DNA from: Eledone cirrhosa
Taxonomy: Eukaryota
Direction: 5' to 3'
Length of the DNA: 64,000 nucleotides
Assembly: GCA_964016885.1 (NCBI GenBank)
Contig: OZ024743.1
Span: 198,772,001 to 198,836,000 of the forward strand
Shown here: positions 45,367 to 60,111 of the stretch, piece by piece
Layout: the number at the start of each line of letters is the position of its first letter
How positions within the stretch are numbered: position 1 is the first letter of the stretch
Notes under the pieces: model-generated
Databases searched by the model: none
Told to the model about the DNA's origin: nothing
What the model saw: the letters and a program-made list of their open reading frames with translations, nothing else
Program-made: the position numbers and the translations under genes

Positions 45367-46279
45367 GAATGATGATAAAAATAACATTTAAAATGTCAGA
45401 ATTATTAAAACAGAGGAATGATGCAGTTGATGAAGTTAACCATGAAAGTTTTCTGATTTTTCGTATGATTTAGATTCGTATGTTTAGGATTCTCATTTAA
45501 GAGTTTCAGTACATGGTTAGATGAAGAGAAGAAGTTATCCTCAAACAGAGAACCTGGTCTGAATAATTGCAACAGAATGAACCTTTTGAAAGTCTCCCAA
45601 ACGACCAACTGGTTGCTGGTGTTAACACATTTCATATCAATCTAGTCAAAACTAGTTCTGTTTTTTTTGTTTAAGACCTCTCCCCATTTTACAGGGTTCT
45701 AACTTTAATTAAAATTCCCAATATTCTATTCAAGAACCACATATTAAGTTACTGTCTTATTTGTAAATAAAAATGTTAGGAAATGCCTGAAAACTTTCAT
45801 TAATTAAAAGATAAAAAAATATTCCATTAGAAATATGATCATGGAAGGAATAAACCCGGTAAATTTCCATATTTTCGAAATAAATACAATGTCAACCTCA
45901 CACAAGATTCAAATTCAAATACAAACACATGCATCAAAATAACACAAGGGAATTTTGTTCAGTGCGTTACCAAATATATTCGTTGCCAACTACCCTAATA
46001 ATAATTATCGTGAAGATTTCTTCTATTAGCTCATCAATAAAAACAAATATATATACTATAAGAATAAATTTCATTGAAAGAAAATATTTTAGTTCTTTCT
46101 AATTAATTTTTTTAAATTAATATCATTTGATCTTATGATGGGTGTGATGGATATTTCTTCTGCTTCCCTGCTATGATTATCTGATATCAGCCACAAGTAA
46201 CACCAGTTTTCAAACAACAGCATTATTTTTACCAAAACATTTAAGAGAAGACATTTACTTTATATATATATATATGTGG

Positions 46280-46321
<42 letters not shown>

Positions 46322-46880
46322 CGAACTCATTCAAATATTCTTATCAGAATTGAATGTATGAAAAAATTCAAGGAAAAATATGAGAAAACAGAAAAAAAAC
46401 ATGTTCGTTGGTGTTATTGTTTTGGCGTTCGTTCTCATGCTTTCTTCATTTTTTTACATTTTTTCTTTTACATTCACAATTGTAATTGTTTTTAAATATA
46501 TTTTTTAATCTTCAGTAAGAATACCACTTCAAAATATACTTTTCAAAATAAATAGATATATAAATAAATAAATAAGGAAGAAAAAAACAATAAATAAATA
46601 ATAAAAAGAATAAGAAATAAATAAGAAATAAATTAATTTCCAAACTTAATGAATAAAATAGGTAAAGAAAGATGCAAAATGTATATGTATGTGTATGTAT
46701 ATATGTTTGTGTGTAAGCTTCTGTAATTAAATTCATATATATATATATATATATATATATAATTGAGATATATATAATTGAGATATATATATAATTGAGA
46801 TAAGCGGAGCAAGTAAAATTCAAAGAATTTTTCAAAATAAATTAAAAAAATATAATTTAAATATTTACCTATTCTTTTTG

Positions 46881-46935
46881 CATTTACCAACGGTTTCACC
46901 TCACAAAAGATTGAAAATCCGAGGGACTTCCAATG
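46881..46935 (-). ncRNA. Hammerhead remnant with decayed CUGANGA
   Basis: CATT-ggaagtc-CCTC..GAGG-t-GAAA-CCgttGG-TA-AATG. Confidence 0.45.
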
Positions 46936-47525
46936 TATATATATATTGTTCATATATATATATGTGTCTGTGTGTGTGTGTATCCCGGGTTCAATCGAGG
47001 GTAACCACAGTAAGTAAGGTACTCAATACGTAGCAGAGGATATATATTTTATATAGAAATATATATATATATATTACATATATGAATATATGTGAGAGTA
47101 CGTGTGTAATTTGTGTGATGAAGACGAATAATTAAAATAATCAAATAAATAAAATGAAATTTAAAAATGAATAAAAGAAGAAATAGAAGAAAGTGAAAAA
47201 GTAATAAAATTATTTTTAAAAAAAGGTAAATAATGATTGATGAATTATATGTGTGAAGGAAGAGGGTTGATAGAAGAAGATGAAAGTAAAAGTGAAGAAA
47301 TGTTACATTATAAGAAGCAAGGTATTATAAAAGAAAAATGTAAACAAGTTGACAGAAACTTATATAAGCTTCAACAATGGAAATATTTGAAGAATTCTAA
47401 AAACGAAAGTATAAAGAAAAACGCATTAAAAAACAAAAGAAATAACATCAAAGTTTATATATCTTAACAATGAAGTTAATAAGTGTACTAAGAAGGTAAT
47501 AATTGTACTGAGAATGTAATAAGTG

Positions 47526-47691
47526 TAATAATTGTTTCTACTTTTGGCACAAGGCCAGCAATTATCCCAGTGTATTACTGGTACTTTATTTATCGACCCC
47601 GTAAGGATGAAAGACAAAGTTAACCTCGGCGGGATTTGAACTCTGAACATAAAGGGCCGTAACTGTTTGCTACTGATACTGCCAATCCACC
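47526..47691 (-). mobile_element. SINE copy with internal deletion
   Basis: Consensus match. Confidence 0.85.
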
Positions 47692-48589
47692 GACTGTACT
47701 GGGCAGTTAGTTGGCAGAGTTGCTACACCGTCAGATAGAATACTGTGAAATATTCGTTCCGAGTTCCGGCTCTCTGCTCTCTGAGTTCAAATCCCGCTGA
47801 GGTCAACTTTTCAGCTATGGTCGATAAAAAAGTACCAGTCTTGTTCTAGGGTAGAGTCTTCCTCTATGTCTCTTTCTCTTTTCCTTTCTTTCGCTCATTC
47901 TATACTTCTCGGGGGGAAATCTGCTGTATTCAAACCAAGATGGGGTCCACCAGGTTTAAATATGACCTAGAAAGATCGTATGTCATTATGATGGCCCTAC
48001 GGCTACACCAGGTGTTAAGGGACTATACCATACATACAATAAGTATTCTAAAATTGGGTGAATGGAATAGAAAAATTATTTCAATTCCAGTAATTCATTG
48101 GTATATTATTTGTCAAGCCTAAAATGAGTGAATGAAAAGTAAAGTCAACATCATTGGGATTTGAACGTAGAACATACATATGACAAAACATCTTGTACAA
48201 TATTCTTATGTTTCTCCCAATCCACCGATCATAATTTCAGAATTCATATAATCATGTAATCTCTCTCTCCTCTATTTTCACCCTTTCTCATACTTTTCAC
48301 GTACACATTATAAACTTCAACATAAGTACACACGTTAAAATGTATTATACACTCACACATACAAATCCACACATCTCACAAACATAGGCTAACTCTGCCA
48401 GATACTTTACACACTCACAGAATTACTTCAACGCACATATACAGTACACACATTCAAACTTACATTCACTCACACATACTGGGCTAATACCACTAACATA
48501 TGGATATAAGCATTCACTCACTATCTTTGATACTTTACACAATATACTTTTAAAATCACACACGTTTAAACATACGCTAACACTCACAC

Positions 48590-48767
48590 AAATAACTGTT
48601 TCTACTTTTGGCACAAGGCCAGCAATTACCCAGTGCATTACTGGTACTTTATTTTATCGACCTCGTAAGGATGAAAGGCAAATTTAACCTCGGCGGGATT
48701 TGAACTCAGAATGATAAGGGCCGTAACTCTATGCGTCAAAGCATGGCGTCCGACCCTCTACCGATAC
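48590..48767 (-). mobile_element. SINE copy
   Basis: Consensus match. Confidence 0.9.
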
Positions 48768-49125
48768 TATATAACGATACTAATACACACACATATAACG
48801 ATACTAATACACACACACACTCCACTATGCGTTCCAACTCGTTACCAAGACTATCTAACGGTTGTCTTGTTTTCAATCTTCATTTTCGAATTTTTTGTCT
48901 TTACTCGTTACTTCTTTCTGTTTATCCATTGTGATTCTGTCTCTATTTGTACTCCCGAAGAAGGGCTTAAGCTGGAGACGTCAAACTTTCTTTTCTCTTT
49001 CCAATATAAAGCGTGAAACTAATAATACTTTTTGTATCTCTTTTTGTTGTCTCCTTTAAATATATATATATATATATATCAAAATAAAGATCCAAAGACA
49101 TGGTATAAATTTCCAATCATTTTAA

Positions 49126-49199
49126 TCACGACACATATTTCAATAAGAGATAGATCGATCGTGTAGCCATGATCGATTATCACTGATCTCGTCAGGTGA
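49126..49199 (-). ncRNA. Type I hammerhead (left inverted arm)
   Basis: TCAC-CTGACGA..GAAA-TAtgTG-TC-GTGA. Confidence 0.65.
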
Positions 49200-49293
49200 A
49201 GATGAATTGTCTTCAAATCCTTGATATGAGGGAGAAAATTAACGATGTTCACTCACAGTTTAGTCCCTCATATGAGGGACTAAATATTCCTTT

Positions 49294-49367
49294 TCACCTG
49301 ACGAGGTCAGTGATAATCGATCATGGCTACACGATCGATCTATCAATTATTGAAACATGTGTCGTGA
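49294..49367 (+). ncRNA. Type I hammerhead (right inverted arm)
   Basis: TCAC-CTGACGA-..ATCGATC/GATCGAT..-GAAA-CAtgTG-TC-GTGA; GUC site. Confidence 0.75.
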
Positions 49368-49549
49368 TTAAAATGATTGGACATTTATACCATTCCTTCG
49401 GATCTTTATTTTGATACAAATACTCCGTTTTACATCATCTAGCTGTTCCCATAAATGGAATTGGAGATATACAAAAGCGTGCAGAACTTAATATTGCTAA
49501 CAAAAATTTGTTGAACCGTTTGACACAACCAATAATACACCTTACTATA

Positions 49550-49604
<55 letters not shown>

Positions 49605-49865
49605 CATATGTATATATATATATATTGAATATGTATATATATATATATATATTAAAATAACAGATTAAAGTTTAAGCAAAGAATCGCTGCTTTCACCCTT
49701 AACGGGATCTTCTGAAACTAACAAAGTCAATCTGTGAACGTAGAAGTGAATATTTCAAAAAACGTTGCAACCGGAGGAAGACAGGAAGACAGGAAGACGA
49801 AACTTTGGTCCGTGGAAACGTTCCCTGGCAAAGAACGAAAAAAAACGAATATAATACGTCATTAT

Positions 49866-50003
49866 TTGACGCATAGAGTTACGGCCCTTGCCATTCTGAG
49901 TTCAAATCCCGCCAAGGTTAACTTTGCCTTTCATCCTTACGGGGTCGATAAAATAAAGTACCAGTAATGTACTGGTAAATGTGCCAATAGTAGAAACAAT
50001 TAT
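49866..50003 (+). mobile_element. 5'-truncated SINE inserted in a ~140 bp tandem repeat
   Basis: Flanked by ATTATTTG; host repeat GGAGCGG..CACGCAAAGA.AAAACCACG at ~50006 and ~50147. Confidence 0.8.
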
Positions 50004-50479
50004 TTGGAGCGGTGAAAAACAATTACACGCAAAGACAAAACCACGTTTATGGTATAAAAGAAGTCGTAGACTAATATTCTATTATGTGGTTCATAGAGAC
50101 GTTCTCTGGCAATGAACGGAAAAAATGAAGAAAATACGTCATATGTGGAGCGGGGAGAACAATCGCACGCAAAGATAAAACCACGTAAATTGTATAACTG
50201 AAGTCGTAAACTAGAATTCTAACTAGGAAACCGAATGATTCTCGGCTTCATAGTTAAGAATAAAGTAAATAAAATACAGAGGTAATTGAAATTAAATACA
50301 TACACGCATCCATAAACGTACATACACAAGCATACGCGAAAACACTCGCCATAGGTATACAAATACACGCACGTACACAAAAAAAAACAAAAAGACCCGC
50401 ACGCACATACAGAACCCACGCAACGCCTGTACCCGCACGCATACGAATGTATACACCAAGTACACATAAAATATATATA

Positions 50480-50520
<41 letters not shown>

Positions 50521-50700
50521 CGTGTATACATATAATTAAATAAACGTATATAAATAAATAAATACGTATATAACAAGCGCACACACATACTTACATGTAA
50601 ATACACATATGTTCGGAGACCACGTCAACCAAAACACAAAGTACATACTTTGGATTTTAGTCTTCAAATTTATTATTATTACTATATATATATATATATA

Positions 50701-51390
50701 TGAATAAAGTTAGTCCTTCATCAGTGATCTTCCAACCTTCATTGGTAATTCATCGCTTTAAAGACCATATACCTCCGGTTGGTGAGATCAACGGCTAAAG
50801 AAAGTTGTTGGGACACGTAAATAAGGGGAACGAGCGAGACTGTAGGCAATCAAAGATGGTAATGCAACGAAAAGTGAGGAAGAAAGAGTTAAGTCCCAGA
50901 TTTCTATGAATATAAGTTCGGTGAAATCGTGAACGAGAGAGAATAAAGACCATCAAACCTAGTCGAAATGTCAGCAAGGAAGGAATTCCGCACAGGTCAA
51001 ACGGGAGGAAGAAGGAGTCTAGTCCCTGAATTCGGTGAACATAAGTTCTGTGAAATCGTAGACAAGAGAGAAAAAAAGGAACAACCAACCTGGTCAAGCG
51101 TGCGCGAGAAAAGAATTACGCACAGGTCAAACGGGAGGAAGTAGGAGAGGTAGTAGCAGAGAGTGATTGAGTGAAGGGTTAGGAAGAGGCTAACAGAGAG
51201 AGTGACTGTTAGAGAGGGTAAAGGGAGGTGAAAGATACAGAGAAAGAGGAAGCAGTAAGAACGAAATAGACGGGTCACAGCGGAGGAAAATATATGTGTG
51301 AATATGAAAACAAACGTGCTGCGTGGTTGCAAATGGGTTACATATGAATAAAGTTATTCCTTCATCAGTGATCTTCCAGCCTTCATTGGT
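50701..51390 (-). mobile_element. Tandem-unit element, subfamily C (one 644 bp unit plus 46 bp redundancy)
   Basis: TGAATAAAGTTA.TCCTTCATCAGTGATCTTCCA at 50701 and 51345; TA-flanked. Confidence 0.9.
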
Positions 51391-51396
51391 ATATAT

Positions 51397-51429
<33 letters not shown>

Positions 51430-51566
51430 TATTTCTGGCAATATTATAACAATATGACTCTCCCCAAATATAACAATATATATATATGTAAAAATATATA
51501 TGGTAATAGAACTGGTGCTCTGAAATAGCGATGTATACATGAATGTATGTATAGTATGTTTGGCAA

Positions 51567-51855
51567 TATACCGTATATTTAATTTAAAACATTTAGAAGA
51601 CCATACGCTATCAGTTTTAAAGTATTGTCTATGTCACTTACTTCTTTTCGGCCAAATTACTGGAATTCTATAAGAATCCAGCTTCTATAATTTTCAGCGA
51701 AAGCAGGGGAGTACGTGGCTCTGATGAACGCCAACCAGCATGAAAAACAGACTATCGGCTTCTCTCCCTTCTTTCGGCGAAAAGAAGTAAGTGACATAGT
51801 CACCACTTTAAAACTCATAGCATATGGTCTTCTAAATGTTATTAATTAAGCATAC

Positions 51856-51861
<6 letters not shown>
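51567..51861. mobile_element. Inverted-arm element with an HHR remnant (51717-51760 +) in the spacer
   Basis: Arms ~51567-51650 and ~51778-51861; GGCT-CTGATGA-acgc..gcat-GAAA..TC-GGCT. Confidence 0.65.
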
Positions 51862-51906
<45 letters not shown>

Positions 51907-52920
51907 TAATCTACCTGGTTGTAGTGGGGCTGTTAACGTTGTTAGAACTCAATGTGTCCTTGGATTCGACAGAGTGGTAGGTGTTCACCGCGTAAGGTAT
52001 CTTCGAAAAACATCCGTACGGGTTACAGAGTCATTTACACATATGTGTTTGTGCATAGAACAATAAAAAAAATCAAAAGTCAGGCCTAGGTAGATAATTA
52101 GTTCATTGTTTTACGATCGTTTCAGAAGTTCGATTGGTCGATGGAGATCGATGTATCGACTAGCATGTTAGTGGTTAAGTTACTACCTATTTCTAATCTC
52201 GAAAGTCCTGTTCAATCGGCCGTTCTTTTCTGAGTGCCTGTGTATGAGTCAGTCCGTTTGTGCGAATGTATGTGTACGTGTGCACTTGATTTAATCAATC
52301 ATATCAACACCAGTATTTATATTATAATTCTTTTTTTATGTTGAACCACTATGTTAAAAGATATAAACACACACATGCGCGCGCATATATATTTCTATGT
52401 GTATGTCTGTGTGAAAAGTAAACAGGAAAACACAACAGAAGATGAAGTTTAATAAAGCCATACATTACTATCACGCATAATATAGTAGTAAAAATGTTGA
52501 CATTTCAGACATTAGTCCTTCTTCAGAAAATAGAATAAGAATTTAAAGATAGGAAATCTCTTAATAGATGACGAAATGAACAGACTTGCTTTATTCGTTT
52601 CTGCCCCTACTCACCCTCCTCTATCTTTCTATTTTTCCTATTTTCTGATGAAGGACTAGAGACCGAAACTGTTACTTCTAAATTAAGCGGGAATCTAATA
52701 TATATCTTCATTGAAGTTAATCGACTGTAGATTTGTTTCCGTTTAATTTTTACGTGCATATATATATCAACGCTTACGTGGAAGCATCAAGTCCATTGGA
52801 TTCCTAACTTAGATCATCACTATAGAACTAGATTTACCGTGGCTCTACATGAAGTTCCATCTGGACACTCCTTCGGATAGCTGGACCTTTCATTGCCTTT
52901 TGTTTATAATGTTTATATAT

Positions 52921-53003
<83 letters not shown>

Positions 53004-53156
53004 AGAGAGAGATGGGGGGAGAGAGAGCGAGAGAGATACGACCGGGTTATGGAGTTTTTGTCTCACACGTTCCTCTCGCGAAGATGCCACACAGTGGGAC
53101 TGAACCCAGAAACACATGGCTGCAAAGCATATTCATTAACTACACAACAATGCCAG

Positions 53157-53269
<113 letters not shown>

Positions 53270-53523
53270 ACAGTGAGAAAAAGAGAAAATATTTTTTTTT
53301 CCCTTTTTATTTATTTCTCTCTTTTTTCTGGGTTAGAAAATGATTAAAACGAAATATTTTACTTTGTGTGAAGTGTTAAGGTATTAGTTGATTTATTTAT
53401 TAATTAACAATGGCATTTATTTATTTATTTATGTATTTAATAATTGTATATTACCCCGTTTTCATATATATATATATATCCTAACTCGTGTACTTCCTCT
53501 CCACATTTTATTATTATTATGAT

Positions 53524-53592
<69 letters not shown>

Positions 53593-54084
53593 CATGATCG
53601 TTTAACGTCCATTTTATCCACGCTAGCATGCGTTAGATGGGTTGTTCTGTTGTGAGACATGCCAGGTCAGGCGACCATGACTTGCTCATACAGAACTGCT
53701 TTTGGTTTGGTTTATATAGCTAGATACCCTTCCTAACGCCAACAATATTTACATTGTGTGCTGGGTGTTTTTTGCCGTGACATCTACATGAGCAGTTTAC
53801 ATTGTGTGCTGGGTGCTTTGTGTTGTAACGCCTACACGACCACACTACAGGATGGGCAGGGCGATTGTTGTCGTGTCGCCACCACAACCATGTTACAGTA
53901 TGGGCTGAGGTGTGTAGTGAATTAAGATGTGGGTATTTAGAAGTTTGTGAGGAGTGGCGTGTTAAGACGTTGGAGGTAAATGGAAGAGGATGAGGTGAAG
54001 ATGGTGCACACTAGAGGTATGTTTCAACCTGTTCTCATGGAAGGTGTATGGAAGGGTGCGGATGGAGGTGGTATCATAATAATA

Positions 54085-54795
54085 ATAATTGTTTCTAATT
54101 TTGGCACAAGGCCAGCAATTATCCAGTGTATTACTGGTACTTTGTATTATCGACCCCGTAACGATGAAAAGCAAAGTTAACTTTGGCGGGATTTGAACTC
54201 AGAATGGCAATAATAATAATAATAATAATGGTTTCTTACTTAGGCACAAGGCCAGCAATTATGGGGGAGGGAATAGTCGATTAAATTGACTCCAGTGCAT
54301 GACTGGTACTTTATTTTATCGACCCGTAAGGATGAAAGGCAAAGTTAACCTTGGCGGGATTTGAACTCAGATCATAAAGGGCCGTAACTCTATAATAATA
54401 ATAATTGCTTCTACTTTTGGCACAAAGTCAGTAATTATCCCAGTACGTTACTGGTACTTTATTTTATCTACCCGGTAAGGATGAAAGGCAAAGTTAACCT
54501 CGGCAGGATTTGAACTCAGAATGTAAAGGACCGTAACTATGCTGGAAAGCATGGTGTCCGACCCTCTACTGATACTGCCAAATGATTTCTCATATAGGCA
54601 GAAGGCCAGTAATTTGGCGGGTGGGGAAAGTCGATTAAATCGACCCCGGTACGTTACTGGTGCTTCATTTTATCAATTTGTAAGGATAAACGACAAAGTT
54701 AACTTCGGCGGGATTTGAACTCAGAACGTAAAGGACCGTAATTTTATGCTGCAACGCATTGTGTCCGACCCTCTACCGATACTGCCAATCCACCG
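54085..54795 (-). mobile_element. Four tandem SINE copies, mixing long- and short-tail variants
   Basis: Consensus matches. Confidence 0.9.
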
Positions 54796-55339
54796 TCCTT
54801 ATAATAATAATAATAATTATTATTATTATTGTTATTATTTTTAATATTACAAATATTATTATTATTTACAATATTCTGTATTCTCTTATTTACATTTTGC
54901 AATAATATATTCCATTTACATCCAAAAATATTTGTCCATCTTATTGTACACTAATGTTTTGTATGTTTGTTGCCAAATAGAGAATTCATTGCCATTATAA
55001 GCGCTATCTTCTCCTGCTGTTCTCCCTCTCCCATTTGGTCCTCCTCGCCCTCTGCCTCCTTTCAACATTATCATCATTATCATCATCATCATAATTATTA
55101 TTAATATTTTCATTAACACATATCCATTTTATAGTTATAAATTTTGCTATTTTTTATTACGAGGTTTGATAGGGTAGGCACATTTCTTTAGATTTTCATA
55201 GATGCTCCTCACAAAGAATCATATCTGTATAGAAAAGAGGATAAATAGATAGAAATTGTAATTGAAATACAAACATTGAGATATTAATATTACACGAGAA
55301 TTTCTCCTATGATTGTATTTCAAATACAAATTCGACATC

Positions 55340-55371
<32 letters not shown>

Positions 55372-55531
55372 GAATACATATATGCATATATATATATATA
55401 TGAATATGTTCATATATATATATATATATATATGAATATATGCATATATATATATATATGTGTGTGTGTATATATGTATTTATGCATATATATATATATA
55501 TGTGTGTGTGTATATATGTATATAGGCATAA

Positions 55532-55578
<47 letters not shown>

Positions 55579-55853
55579 CATATATGCATATATATATATA
55601 TATATGTATGCATATATGCATATATATAGATGTATACATATATCTTTGTATATATGAATATATGTATATATATATATATATGTATGTAAATATATATATA
55701 TGTGTGTGTGTGTATGTGTGTGTGTGTGTATGTTTGTGTGTGTGCGTGAGACATGCAAAAAGACCCACAAACTGAAGCTCGAAACAAGTGTAAAAGCCAA
55801 GATACACAAAAAATATCTTTGATAGATCCCTCCACACACATGCACAAACATAC

Positions 55854-55884
<31 letters not shown>

Positions 55885-57065
55885 GTATATATATGTGTGT
55901 GTGTATGTATATAAAAAATATAAATTCCTGTATATATATTCTCTTTCATTCTGCTGTTCTTTTCCCCTGTATTTTATTGCAGTGGAACCATTCAATGGTA
56001 ACTTTCACTTTGAAAAATACTTCTGCTATGTGTAAAAGATTCAGGCACATCTTGTCATGTTTAGGCAAAGAATTATAGGGTGGAGTGCAGTGCTGTTGCG
56101 TTATTTTACTTTTTATTTTGCTTCTACATAGCTAAGCTTCATGCACTTGATATTAAAAAAAGAATGGTGGTGTAAAAAGAAAAAATATGCTATTGAAAGT
56201 TAAATTTTAATCATAACTAATGACATTTATGGTCAGTAAATCCTTATAAAAGATCTCATAGAAAGAGTTCCTAGTATTACATGCACATGCACACACACAG
56301 GTATAAACACTTGCATGCACATGTGCATATAAACATACATAGCATATATTTCTCTGTGTGTTTGTGTCTTTTTTTTATGTGTGTATATGGGCACCTTTAT
56401 ATATACTCCCTACAACATAGTTTTATATAATACATGCAAAAGCAACAAGACATATATTTATAGATGTAATGTATTTAGGTAAGTATTGCTTTGACATAGA
56501 ATATATGATTATCATCATCATCATCATCATCATCATCACCTTCATATATATATAGATAGATATAAATAGATAAATAGATAGAGTTATATATATATATATA
56601 TATATTTGTATATATATGTATTTGTATATATATATATATATATCAGGATAGAACTAGTTTTAAACTAGTTAGACCATTACACAACAAAGTACTCGATACT
56701 CAAGATAGTTGAGTGTGGCTATATAAGGAAGATTCAGGAAGGACCTGAGAGCAGAGCTCTTGTAGTCTGGAACTAGCGGTTGAAAGAGAAAGAGCTCAGG
56801 TGTTGGGTTTCGGCTCTTTGTAGAACTTGGACGGGGTTGTATGTTGTATTCTTGACCAAAACACTTCATTTCACATTTTTTCAGTATACTCAGCTGTGAA
56901 ATGAGTACCTGCGATAGCTGGGTGCTTAACCCTGGTGTCCTGTCCAGTGGGAAGCCATGTACTCTCAGTCACTTCATGCCATGGCACACAGGATAAGCAC
57001 CAACCTGATGAACCTGCAGGCTCGAGATAGATTTTAGACATTAATGTACTGTAAATGTGTAGACA

Positions 57066-57241
57066 AATAATTCTTTTTACTTTTGGCACAAGGCCAGCAA
57101 TCACGCAGTACATTACTGGTACTTTATTTTATTGACCCCATAAGGATGAAAGGCAAAGTTAACCTCGGCGGAATTTGGACTCAGACCATAAAGGGACGTA
57201 ACTATGCTGGAAAGCATGGCGGCTGACCCTCTACCGATGCT
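57066..57241 (-). mobile_element. SINE copy
   Basis: Consensus match. Confidence 0.9.
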
Positions 57242-58560
57242 GAATAGAATTAGTACCAGAGTGAAATTAATCTAGTGGTTTATATGAATGTTCCTGAAAA
57301 GGATGTCCCAACTTGGGCACAGTTCAAGGACAGAAACCTGCAAATAAATCAACCAATGAATACACACACCCACACACACCTAAATGCAAACACACACACA
57401 TATCAAAAAACGCATGTGCATACACATACACACATGCACATACACAAACACATTAACACAAACACACATGTACACATGCACACACATACACAGATGACAT
57501 AAAGGTGCAGAAAAGGTTGTGTGGTAACAAATTTCACTTCACAACTACATAACCTTGGGTTTTCTCCCATTGAATATGACTTGGGCAAATTATATGAATA
57601 TATATATGCGTGTATGTATGTGTGTGTGTGTGTGCATGTGTGTGTGTGTGTGTATATGTGTGTATGTTTCATGTATTCATCTAGCTATCCTTCTAGCAAG
57701 CTGACTGCCTGTTTGACTGTCTACATGTTTATTCATTTGTTTTAATTCCTCTAAAAATAGCAGTGAGAAATTATTCAGGAATGTCAAGTTAAAAGGAAGC
57801 AGGGTTTTGCAAGAGTAATAGGAGATTAATTCTTCACAGTAAATTTTACTCAAAATAAATCATAGTCTGTGAGATTACTCATTGTTAGTATGAGGTAGGA
57901 TAGGGTAGCAGTTGGTGAAACATATAAAAAAACAATGCCATGAAAAAAATATGTAGAAAAAAGAAATTACATTACCACCTCCACCGATTCCTGCATCTGT
58001 CTAAATTTTGGATATTCTTACTTGTTCTACCAATGAATTATTCTAAGTCCCAAATAATTGTTGCTTTTTGTTTTCTATCTTTATTTTCTACAAACAGGAA
58101 TCCCAAACTTGCTTGGTGTTTGTTGGTGAGAGTAAATGGTAAAATGTGACATTTATAGCTTCCCCTGAGGCATTAGAGACATAAATAATTTAAAATAGCT
58201 GCAACTGGTAATTGAAACTAAGTCAAGGTCTCATCTTGCCAAAAGCTTATCTTTTCTATTTAGTGGTGCTTGCTACAAATCATTGTTTGCTGGAGATGGT
58301 TGACACCTCACTTTTGCAATGTCTTCATATTCTGGTAGAAGAAATCCTGTTGTTCACCTTAAAGGGTACAAAGCATTTAAAGAACGACCAAGAAGGAATC
58401 AACAAATGCTGTAACCCAAATGAATCCAAATACCCTAATTTTAGCAACATCAGGGTTAACATTCTAATATAAGGACAGCTCCATTCATTTTAAGGAAGGA
58501 TATATCCTATCAGGAGTTATGAGTCCATAAATATATAGATAGTGTTAAGATTATTATATG

Positions 58561-58637
<77 letters not shown>

Positions 58638-58639
58638 GT

Positions 58640-58977
58640 GTCATTGGATGTGCAACGTGAGAGAAAGACAGAGCTTAAGCTGGGCTTAAGATGAATGCGA
58701 GATGGTGTTCAGGAGAGAAGACTGCATTGGTATGGGTATGTGATGTGCAGGGACAATAACCGATGCGTGAAGAAATGTCAGGAAAACCTAGTGGAATGAA
58801 GCCACAATAGAGGATGACCAAGAAAGATCTGGGCAGAAGTTGTGAGGGTGGACCTCAAATCGCTAAGACTGGCAGAGGAGATGAAGGAATGTGACATGAG
58901 GAGAGATGCTGTGCTGAGAAGGACCCATTCAACCCATGCAAGTATGGAAAAGCAGACATAAAAACGATGATGATGTT
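58640..58977 (+). mobile_element. 3' end of an RTE-type LINE (decayed)
   Basis: Translates as RRLHWYGYVMCR..CVKKC..RG*PRKIWAEVVRVDL (RLxWxGHVxR..GRPrxxW motif); (GAT)n tail; related tails at ~63820-63890 and ~53590-53640 (-). Confidence 0.8.
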
Positions 58978-60073
58978 GATACAATGCCAGATTTCTTCTT
59001 ATTTAATTAACACCCAAGGTATGACTGAGAGAATCAATTTGGGCAGACTTTGAAGATGGAATGTAAAGAGATATAGCTAAATACTGATTTAGAATTTAGA
59101 CACAAGGCCAGCAATTTGTGGGAAAGTAAAAGTAAATTATATCATCTCTGCTGCCTTACAGGTGCTTTATTTTAGTGACCCCGAAAAATGAAAGGCAAAG
59201 GTGACCTCAATGGAAAGTATTTTCCTTGTCACCACTCAGATGTATCTATCATTCACCACTCTAATCAATATGGCAAGTTATACTAGGTCACTTGATTTGC
59301 AAAAGAAAGCTGTCAGTTTTTATTCAAATCACATCTCCCTTTTTTGAAAAAGGAGGAAATGTGTATAAAATAATACAGTCCTACATATAAAATAAGCTGG
59401 CGATATTCATGGCTGGAATCAAAGGTCTGCTAAACCAAGACTAACACAACTACAAGTTGATGATAATTTTAATAATAATTAATGTCCTCAGATCTTGTCG
59501 AATAGTTTTGTACAAAATCCCAATGTTTTTCTTTATTAAAATATTAGGCCAAATTGGATTGTTATCGTATTAATAGTTTTGCCAAACTGCCTGAAACTGT
59601 TCTTGGTTCTATGATAAAACAAGTTGGTTTTAAAGTGTATATACATATCTAAAAACCTTCCATTATAAGGCTGTATAAGAATCCTTGTTATGTCATATTC
59701 CATACACCAGCTTAATAATGAGAAAACTTGTTATATAAGTAAATCCTTCCAAACTCTTGATTATTTTTAGAATAATAAGAAAATCATAGGAATGCCTTTC
59801 ATAAGAAATATGGTAACGATAAGGTTAATGACATGAATGAAGTGAAAGAATTGCATCCAAGAATTAACAATTGACACTTCTCACTCATAAATCTTTCTTC
59901 ATATTACAGCTAAGAAGAAAAGGAAACATCTGTTTCTATCTTACATGACTTAAACAACAATTAATTATAAACCTAGCAAAAATTAGTAGCTGTTTCAACC
60001 CAAACTCCAGCCTACCCCACATCAACATGGAAACTGAGATTATGCAAAAACTCAAAGCTAATGAAGCTAGTGT

Positions 60074-60111
<38 letters not shown>

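Noticed and set aside
49680-49725. HHR-like string on the minus strand (CAGAAGA..GAAA)
   Set aside because: Core is mutated and stems I and III do not pair; could be chance.
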